This document shows positions 56,829-64,000 of a DNA stretch of 64,000 nt, one piece after another. Position numbers and translations under genes: made by a program. The notes below the pieces were generated by a model. That model had not been told where the DNA came from and did not search any database. It worked only from the letters and a program-made list of their open reading frames with translations. Position 1 is the stretch's first letter, and each line of letters opens with the position of its first letter. The DNA comes from Candidatus Bathyarchaeia archaeon (lineage in GTDB: Archaea; Thermoproteota; Bathyarchaeia; Bathyarchaeales; Bathycorpusculaceae). The DNA is taken from the NCBI GenBank assembly GCA_050012255.1, contig JBEKHN010000012.1, positions 1 to 64,000 on the forward strand, written 5' to 3'.

Positions 56829-59800
56829 TTATGCCTTCTCCCTCAGCGTTAATCTTGGCGCGATGCACAGGCTCATCAGTTCTTGCAGCAGAAGCTTGAA
56901 CGCATAGGAAACTATAACTGGAGAGATTCTGGCCTTGTCCTCGCAGAGCTTGCAAACGTATTTTCTTTGCTTCATGTCATAGTAGGCTATGTGTCCACAC
57001 GTTTCGCAGATGTAGAGCGTGTACTTGTCAGATTCTTCAAGCAGTCTGTCTCTTAGGAGCATAGCGGCTCCATGGCCAATCAGGCAGTCGCGCTCCATTT
57101 CACCGAACCTGAGGCCTCCTCCTCTGGCTCTCCCCTCAGTCGGCTGCCTCGTCAGCATCTGAACCTGTCCACGGGCTCTGGCGTGAATCTTGTCCGCAAC
57201 CATGTGATGTAGCTTCTGGTAGTGCACAACGCCGACGTAGATGTCCGCGACGAATTTCTGACCTGTCACACCGCTGTAGAAGACTTCACTGCCGGTGCTG
57301 CTGAAGCCCAGCTTGATCAGGGCAGACCTCAGCTCGTCGGGCCCTTCATTTGAGAAGGGCGTTCCATCAGCAGGCCGTCCGCGTGCAGAGGCAACCTTTC
57401 CAGCCAGTGATTCGATGAACTGGCCGACGGTCATCCTTGAGGGGATAGCATGCGGGTTGATTATCAAGTCTGGAACGATGCCGTCTTCCGTGAAAGGCAT
57501 ATCTTCCTGAGGGACTATCAGGCCGATGACACCTTTTTGGCCGTGGCGCGAAGCAAATTTGTCGCCTAGTTCTGGAACGCGTTGGTCGCGGACTCTGACT
57601 TTCACAAGTTTGCTTCCTTCTCCCGACGCTGTGATGAAGATGGCGTCGACGACGCCTGTTTCTGATGGGCGCATGTCCACTGAGGTGTCACGCATTGAAG
57701 GCCCCTTGACTTCAAATTCCTTGTATTCTTCAAGGAACCTTGGCGGACTGATTCTGCCGATGAGGACGTCTCCGCCTGCAACGGCCGACTCCAGGCCTAT
57801 TATTCCGTCTGGTTCAAGCAGCCTATAGTACTGTTCGCCTCTGTATCCGCGTGTTCCTGCTTCGGGTAAGGTGAACTTGTCTCTCAGCCCGCCCAAGTAC
57901 TGGCGACACTCAGCCTCGTAGATTCGGAAGAAGGTCGAGCGTCCCAGACCTCTTTCTATCGAGGCCTTGTTGAAAACAAGGGCGTCTTCCATGTTGTAAC
58001 CCTCAAAAGACAGCACCGCGACTACGTAGTTTTGACCTGATGGGCGCAGCTTGTAGCCCATCGTGTCCATCAGTGCTGTTTCAGCAAGCGGAGCCTGTGG
58101 GTAGTGTAAGATGTGTGATCTTGAGTCTACGCGTTGCTGGAAGTTTGTCGAGTAGATTCCTAGGGCTTGTTTGGCCATTGCGGCCTGATACGAGTTGCGG
58201 GGTGACTGGTTGTGCTCTGCGTAAGGTATAGTTGACGCGCAGATTCCTAGAATGGTGTACGTGGCAATTTCTAAGTGTGTGTGGTCGCGGCTCAATTCTT
58301 CGGGGCTCAAGGCGACGTAAGCGTTCTCCTCTTCTTCAGCGTCCAAGTATTCAACGATTCCGTTCTTTACGAGTTCTTCCCAGGACCATCCTCCCGCGGC
58401 GATCTTCTCAATGTGTTCAGGCTGAAGCTTCGGCACAGCGTTTTCAACGATTATAAGAGGGCGTCTGACTCTGCCCTCGTCGCAGTTGACGTAAACTTCT
58501 TCCCTCTCCCCCTGGGCCTTCGAGAAGTAGGTTATGTTGACTTCGGTGGAAACCTCTCCTCTTCTCCTTCTCTCCCTGAAGTCTCGGGCCAGTCGATCTG
58601 GAGAGTTGCAGTATCCTATTATGTTGCCGTCTACGAAAACCTTTGTTCCAGAAAGCTTCAACGTTTCGTTGGCCTCAAGAATCGGTGTCACGCCGCTAGC
58701 GAACAGAAGCTGCTTCATCTTTTCTGGGTTCACGCCCACAGAGATGCAGGCAGACAGGGCCAAGTTCTTCACCAGTCCGCAGTTTGAGCCTTCTGGTGTT
58801 TCGTTTGGGCAAAGGCGGCCCCAGTGGGTTGCGTGTAAGTCCCTTGCCTCGAAGTTGGGTTGGCTTCTGCTGAGAGGCGATTGGAGTCGTCGCAGGTGAC
58901 TCAGTGTTGAGATGTGGTTTGTTCTGTCAAGAAGCTGGGTTATGCCGACTCTGCCTCTTCCCCAGTTTCCGGTTGCAAGCGCATGTTGAAACCTTTCAGC
59001 TATTATCCCCGGCCTCACCGCCGCTGAAACGGTTATTATCGGCCCCTTCACACCAATTCTTTCAAGTTGATATTTCATGTCGCGGGTGAGATTTCTAAAC
59101 GCCACTCTGAAAAGGTCTGCAAGTAGTTGACCTGCCAGTCTCAACCGCTTGTTCTTGAAGTGGTCTTTGTCATCTTGCTTCCTCCTCCCAAACTGCAGTT
59201 CTATTGCCCTGCAGGCCATCTCGCCCAAGAACAGGGCCTTGTCCTTCCTCTTCTGTTCCGTTCTGCCTATGTGTGGGAGGAAGTTCTTGTCCACTGCAGT
59301 TTCGGCTTTCTGCACGCGGTACTCTTCTACCTGTCCATGAGCAACACGGTTGCCAATGAACAAGATGGCGTCTTTTGCTGTGTCGACTCCGAGGGCTTTT
59401 TCGAAGGATGACTCGAGTGTGGTCTGGATTTCGTTGTCGAGGGAAATTGCCTCGGCAATTTCCTTGTCGGATTCAAGTCCCAAGGCACGCATCAGGACGA
59501 CGAAAGGAACTTCGGAAGGAACGCCTGGCATTGAAACGTACAATGCTCCGTCAGTCTTGATCTTCAACTCGATTCTTGCCCTGAACCCCACAGTTGTTGA
59601 AAATATCTTTGACTGGTACACCGGAGTTGCTCCTTTCTCGTCAACGTCGACTATTATGCGGTTAGGAGCCAAGTCTTCCATTGCCACTACCACGCGTTCT
59701 GAGCCGTTGACAACGAAGTAGCCGCCCGGGTCATCAGGGTCTTCTCCACATGCAATCAGTTCCTCTCTTGAGAGTTGTGAGAGGAAACACAGCTTTGACT

Positions 59801-60200
59801 TTAGCATTACAGGGATGTTTCCGATGTAGACAAGCTCCGTGTCCTGTTCTCTGCCGTCTATGACAGGCGTCATTTCGAGGGCTACCGGCGCCGCGTAGGT
59901 TAGGTTTCGAAGTCTAGCCTCCAAGGGGTAGATTTCGTGTTTTGTACCATCGACTTCAGTCGCATACGGCCCGGTTATTCTGGTCTGCGGGTCTATTATC
60001 CAGATCTGACCTAGCTTGACCTTGTAGGGGCTTTCAGGCACCTCTATGGGGATTTCGCCTACTTCGTCTATGACTTCCTGCAATCCGCGGTCGATGAACT
60101 CGTTGAAGGAGTCCAGATGCTGTCGAACCAATCCCTTGTCTTTAAAAAAGGCGTTCAACAGCAGATGCGTGTCTTCTTTTGATATCTCAGTCAATTTCAA
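56829..60200 (-). CDS. rpo2: RNA polymerase subunit B (unsplit)
   Basis: GDKFASRHGQKG and GGLRFGEMERD motifs. Confidence 0.98.
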   Translation of the reverse strand: MKLTEISKEDTHLLLNAFFKDKGLVRQHLDSFNEFIDRGLQEVIDEVGEIPIEVPESPYKVKLGQIWIIDPQTRITGPYATEVDGTKHEIYPLEARLRNLTYAAPVALEMTPVIDGREQDTELVYIGNIPVMLKSKLCFLSQLSREELIACGEDPDDPGGYFVVNGSERVVVAMEDLAPNRIIVDVDEKGATPVYQSKIFSTTVGFRARIELKIKTDGALYVSMPGVPSEVPFVVLMRALGLESDKEIAEAISLDNEIQTTLESSFEKALGVDTAKDAILFIGNRVAHGQVEEYRVQKAETAVDKNFLPHIGRTEQKRKDKALFLGEMACRAIELQFGRRKQDDKDHFKNKRLRLAGQLLADLFRVAFRNLTRDMKYQLERIGVKGPIITVSAAVRPGIIAERFQHALATGNWGRGRVGITQLLDRTNHISTLSHLRRLQSPLSRSQPNFEARDLHATHWGRLCPNETPEGSNCGLVKNLALSACISVGVNPEKMKQLLFASGVTPILEANETLKLSGTKVFVDGNIIGYCNSPDRLARDFRERRRRGEVSTEVNITYFSKAQGEREEVYVNCDEGRVRRPLIIVENAVPKLQPEHIEKIAAGGWSWEELVKNGIVEYLDAEEEENAYVALSPEELSRDHTHLEIATYTILGICASTIPYAEHNQSPRNSYQAAMAKQALGIYSTNFQQRVDSRSHILHYPQAPLAETALMDTMGYKLRPSGQNYVVAVLSFEGYNMEDALVFNKASIERGLGRSTFFRIYEAECRQYLGGLRDKFTLPEAGTRGYRGEQYYRLLEPDGIIGLESAVAGGDVLIGRISPPRFLEEYKEFEVKGPSMRDTSVDMRPSETGVVDAIFITASGEGSKLVKVRVRDQRVPELGDKFASRHGQKGVIGLIVPQEDMPFTEDGIVPDLIINPHAIPSRMTVGQFIESLAGKVASARGRPADGTPFSNEGPDELRSALIKLGFSSTGSEVFYSGVTGQKFVADIYVGVVHYQKLHHMVADKIHARARGQVQMLTRQPTEGRARGGGLRFGEMERDCLIGHGAAMLLRDRLLEESDKYTLYICETCGHIAYYDMKQRKYVCKLCEDKARISPVIVSYAFKLLLQELMSLCIAPRLTLREKA

Positions 60201-60606
60201 CCATCCCCCGCAACCTTAGGTTTAAACTTGTGCTAACGAAACTTCTTCGTGTGGGTTTTGTCAAATTTTGAATTTCCTCCGTTTGTTGGGTCATTCCAAC
60301 TCGAAAAATGATCACCAATGTTAAAGAGCTAGAAAACGTAAACTGCACAGCTTTCTAATAAACTTTTTCATGTTCAAAATTCTTTTTGCTCGCCTTGCAT
60401 TGTTCAAGGCGATCTCTGAGCACTCGAAGTCCATCGAGCCGCCGACTGGAAAGAAGGGTTTAAGCGGAAACTCATGGAAACTGTCCTTGGCTCATCCTTG
60501 AAAAAGACGTTGGACTACTGAGCTGCCAGTCTGAACACGTGGACCGCACGTTGGCAGAGGCTCGGGAAATAATTAATAAGAAAGTAACGGTAGTTCTGGA
60601 AGAGGT

Positions 60607-60715
60607 GCAGGGGTAGCAGAGCATGGCCAATCCCGCGTAAGTAGGGGCCTTATGCGCGGGACTCAAGATCCCGTCCCGAAGGGGTACGTGAGTTCAAATC
60701 TCACCCCCTGCACCA
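60607..60715 (+). tRNA. tRNA-Leu(CAA) with a ~21-nt non-canonical D-loop intron (60631-60651), CCA encoded
   Basis: GCAGGGG/CCCCTGC acceptor stem, CGGGA-CT-CAA-GA-TCCCG anticodon arm, long variable arm and a GGCC/GGCC helix flanked by 3-nt bulges. Confidence 0.9.
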
Positions 60716-61124
60716 TGTCTTTTCTATTGGCAGAAGATTTCTTGAGGGATTGTATTTCTGTTGGGCACGTTTGTAGATATGTTTATTAAGACTTGCGATA
60801 CACTGGGCAAATCTTGGGGTTAACAGATAATGGTGAAGAAATTTAGAAAGGACTCAGATGGAAAGGATGAAAGCTCTGCTGTATTGGTTATCGATGACTT
60901 TTTCTCTTATGAAAACCTAGTTCACAAGAGACTGACTTAGGTGTCTAGCCTTTTAGCATCCTCTCGAAAGTCACCTAAAGAAGAAAGAACAAAGACGAAA
61001 CCGAGGCATGGCCGCGGGAAATTGAAGAGAAATTCAAGCGTCCAAGATGTTGAAACCATCGTCCCTAGATTCTTATGATAGCCGAGCGTTGCGACCGCCA
61101 AGCAGGGCTTTCAAGTGGCCAGTG

Positions 61125-61320
61125 CACGCTAACGTGTTCCTGAATTCTTTTAGGAAGAAGCTCGTGCTTATCATTCTGCTCTTCAACCAAATTTGGATCA
61201 TATAGCATACCCGGGGGGGAGGGCGTGAGCACGCAAACATCCAGCCGAACCGCGACGGCAACCATCGACCATCGGATGACGTTAGCCTTCCTCTTGAACG
61301 GAATCTAGAAACAAGCATGC
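61125..61320 (-). repeat. Dispersed repeat family B, copy 2
   Basis: Inverted homologue of 22160-22355. Confidence 0.9.
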
Positions 61321-61451
61321 GCACTGAGACCATTCTTGAGCTTCCTTTTCTGGTGCCTGCGAATCAAAACGGAAAATTCTGTTTACCAGCTAAATGCATA
61401 TATCTTTCCATACGCCTAGAAACCTTCACATTTCGTGTCCAAGGCGGAACC

Positions 61452-62360
61452 ATGACTCTTGCCGACAACATACTCAAATTAAAAGCGGAGAAGAACGCGT
61501 TAATTTTGGCTCATAATTATCAGAGACCTGAAATTCAAGACATCGCAGATTATGTCGGTGACAGCATAGAGCTGAGCAGAAGGGCCATGGAAGAGAAAGA
61601 TGCAAGGATCATAGTTTTTTCTGCTGTCGACTTCATGGCAGAGTCTGCGGCTATTTTAAACCCCAAAAAGAAGGTGTTGCTGCCTGTGCTTGGTGCACGT
61701 TGTCCAATGGCGCAGATGCTCACGGTCGAAGAAATCAAACGTTCCAAATCGCAGCATCCAAGGACCCCGGTAGTCCTTTACGTCAACACGCTCGCTGCAG
61801 CCAAAGCAGAGTGCGACATATGCTGCACTTCGGCCAACGCTGTGGAAGTCGTGTCCTCTATAGACGCTGACACGGTGCTCTTGGGACCCGACCGCAACCT
61901 CGCAGAGTACGTTCAGAGAAAGACTGGGAAAACAGTAATCCCAATCCCAGAATGGGGTTTCTGCCCAACACACCTGTTATTCCAGCCCGAAGACGTTCAG
62001 ATACTCAAAACGCAACATCCAGAAGCTGCAGTAATGGTTCATCCAGAATGCACTTTTGAAATGCAGAAAGCAGGCGACTTCGTTGGAAGCACATCGCAAA
62101 TGTGCAGATATGCAAAAGAAAGCAAGGCCAAAACGTTCATCGTAGGAACTGAAGAAGGAGTTCTGCATCGACTTAGGAAAGATAATCCAACGAAGAAGTT
62201 TTTCCTAGCCTATGACGGTGCTATGTGTCCAAACATGAAGCTGAACACCCTTGAGAGAATTTACGCCTCGCTCAAAGAAGAGAAATATGTGGTAACCGTT
62301 CCAGAATCGATTGCAAAGCACGCAAGAAAAGCCTTGCAAAGGATGTTTGAGGTGAAGTAG
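61452..62360 (+). CDS. nadA: Quinolinate synthase
   Basis: LAHNYQ, FMAE, CPMA, YVNT, CTSANA, HPEC and CPNMK motifs. Confidence 0.96.
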   Translation: MTLADNILKLKAEKNALILAHNYQRPEIQDIADYVGDSIELSRRAMEEKDARIIVFSAVDFMAESAAILNPKKKVLLPVLGARCPMAQMLTVEEIKRSKSQHPRTPVVLYVNTLAAAKAECDICCTSANAVEVVSSIDADTVLLGPDRNLAEYVQRKTGKTVIPIPEWGFCPTHLLFQPEDVQILKTQHPEAAVMVHPECTFEMQKAGDFVGSTSQMCRYAKESKAKTFIVGTEEGVLHRLRKDNPTKKFFLAYDGAMCPNMKLNTLERIYASLKEEKYVVTVPESIAKHARKALQRMFEVK

Positions 62361-62482
62361 ACCCACGTCCCACGGGTCACGTCACCGATTGCTGATCACG
62401 TGAGCGCTCAAGAAAGCAAAGGTGAGGAAATCTGAAAATAGCAGGTGAAGAGAAGGAACTTCAAGCAGCAATAGTCGATGCT

Positions 62483-62881
62483 GTGAAGCTGCATGGGCAT
62501 TTGGGCCCCTTTCTGGTTGTCGGGGTCAGGATGGGAGGCGTTGCAAAAAGAGTCTTTAACCAAGATGCTGGGGACAGCGTTAGGTTTCAGGTAACGGTGA
62601 AGGTTCCGTTAGTCATTCCCTTTTCATGCACTATCGACGGAATACAGGCTGCAACCCGCTGCACACTCGGCAACCAGAGACTCAGGATAGAAAACACGCA
62701 GAAGCAGATATTTGCGAGCTTCAGGGCTGAAAACTCAGATCATGCAGTGCGAATATCTGTCAACCCTAGAGTAATCAGAGACCTGATGAGAAAAATGTCA
62801 GCGGGCATTGGTAACGATGAACTTGCCGGAGAAATCGCTGCTATGCCAGAGAGACAGCTCTTCACGATCGAGAAAGAATAA
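62483..62881 (+). CDS. FmdE-family protein
   Basis: HGHLGP...G.RMG, SC..DGIQ....CT.GN. The true start may be ~50 nt upstream. Confidence 0.85.
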   Translation: MKLHGHLGPFLVVGVRMGGVAKRVFNQDAGDSVRFQVTVKVPLVIPFSCTIDGIQAATRCTLGNQRLRIENTQKQIFASFRAENSDHAVRISVNPRVIRDLMRKMSAGIGNDELAGEIAAMPERQLFTIEKE

Positions 62882-62918
62882 GCACTTCCAGCTGTTTGAG
62901 GTTGAAGTTGCGATAGGC

Positions 62919-63356
62919 ATGAAGGACTTGGAAACAGCCAAGAGGAGACTCAGTGAAAGGCACTTAACGCTTTCTGTCGTAAAGGAAGGACACGTTATTT
63001 TTGAAGCAAAGACCCGCGGAGTCTCGGGTTTTGTGGAAGCTGTGGAAGAGTTCAAGGACAGGCTTGATGGTGCTTCAATTGCAGATCGAGTTGTTGGAAA
63101 AGCAATCGCACTGCTGTGTGTCTATGTTAACGTCAGAGCTGTCTACGCGGCAACTATCAGCAAGGCAGCGAAGGCACTACTTGAAGGAAACTCGGTTTAC
63201 CTTGAATGGGATAGCCTCGTCGAAAACATACTTGGCGCAGACAAGTCGAAGACTTGTCCGTTCGAGCAGCTCGTAGCCAGAATTACGGATCCAGCTGATG
63301 CGTACAGGAAGCTTAAGAGCGCGTGCGGTTCAACGCGCTTCATATCGCGTGGATGA
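62919..63356 (+). CDS. DUF1893 (TM1506-like) protein
   Basis: ADRVVGKA.A, ISK.A and CPFE motifs. Confidence 0.85.
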   Translation: MKDLETAKRRLSERHLTLSVVKEGHVIFEAKTRGVSGFVEAVEEFKDRLDGASIADRVVGKAIALLCVYVNVRAVYAATISKAAKALLEGNSVYLEWDSLVENILGADKSKTCPFEQLVARITDPADAYRKLKSACGSTRFISRG

Positions 63357-63362
63357 AAATGC

Positions 63363-63785
63363 ATGAGCGGTGAACACGAACGATTTATATCAGAGGAGAA
63401 CGAAGAACTGAAGCGTATAAGGGAAAAGAAACTGACCGAGTTCAAGGCGAGAAACGAAATGGGCAATGAACCTGTTCACGTCACTGACGCGGATTTCGAG
63501 GAAACGGTTAGGAAGCATTCGCTGGCGTTGATTGACTTCTGGGCTCCTTGGTGTGGTCCATGCTTGGCCTTGACACCGACGATTGAGGATCTGAGCAAGG
63601 ACTATGCTGGAAGGGTGCTCGTCGGGAAGCTTAACGTCGATGAGAACCCGCAGACTGCTGAATGTTTCCAAGTCTTCAGCATACCGACCTTGCTAATAAT
63701 GAAGAATGGACAAGAAGTCGATAGAATCGTAGGATGTGTTCCGAAGAAGCACATCGAAGTTGCATTAGGAAAACACCTTGGATAG
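63363..63785 (+). CDS. trxA: Thioredoxin
   Basis: DFWAPWCGPC and SIPT motifs. Confidence 0.95.
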   Translation: MSGEHERFISEENEELKRIREKKLTEFKARNEMGNEPVHVTDADFEETVRKHSLALIDFWAPWCGPCLALTPTIEDLSKDYAGRVLVGKLNVDENPQTAECFQVFSIPTLLIMKNGQEVDRIVGCVPKKHIEVALGKHLG

Positions 63786-63792
63786 GTAAAAC

Positions 63793-63921
63793 ATGGACAT
63801 ACCTGAAAGGAGATTAGTAGGAGCGCTCTTGCTCCTTTTGGGCGTTTCTTTCCTGGCTATCGCCGTCCACACGGGGCAACTCGAACTCGTAAGGAGACTC
63901 TTGATAAGAGGATTCCCTTAG
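63793..63921 (+). CDS. 42-aa single-TM protein
   Basis: Hand translation MDIPERRLVGALLLLLGVSFLAIAVHTGQLELVRRLLIRGFP, immediately after trxA. Confidence 0.6.
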   Translation: MDIPERRLVGALLLLLGVSFLAIAVHTGQLELVRRLLIRGFP

Positions 63922-64000
63922 GCTGCTTGAAGGTCAACATTCTTAAGGCAAACAGGCATACTCTAACATCGTCAACTGCTTCGCTATACGAGTGGTGAGA

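Overview
This is an archaeal chromosomal window, most likely Bathyarchaeia (TACK). The assignment rests on a fused Rpo1 (A'+A''), an unsplit Rpo2, an extended Rpo5, the rpl30e-nusA order, intron-containing tRNAs and dockerin-bearing secreted proteins. Housekeeping and metabolic content: the RNA polymerase operon, nrdR-nrdD-nrdG with NrdR boxes, ppa, nadA, trxA, mscL, two thiolase/DUF35 pairs beside a type III PKS-like enzyme lacking its catalytic Cys, a B12-dependent acyl-CoA mutase operon with isobutyryl-CoA-mutase residues, an Smc5/6-like SMC-kleisin-kite operon and three tRNAs. The main finding is an ~8.5 kb integrated element (40077-48626) with phage-satellite (PICI-like) organisation. It carries a tyrosine integrase, a divergent wHTH/RHH switch, a helicase gene with internal inverted 9-bp iterons and a 22-bp-periodic repeat array. 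Its only recognisable virion gene is a tape-measure-like protein. It is inserted just upstream of the SMC operon at a dif-like 6-bp-spacer site that can be reconstructed from the sequence. Also present: a low-GC two-gene cassette bounded by 27-bp direct repeats, two dispersed intergenic repeat families, and a TAGCGCGC motif enriched at intergenic junctions. All assignments come from motif recognition by eye; no searches were run.
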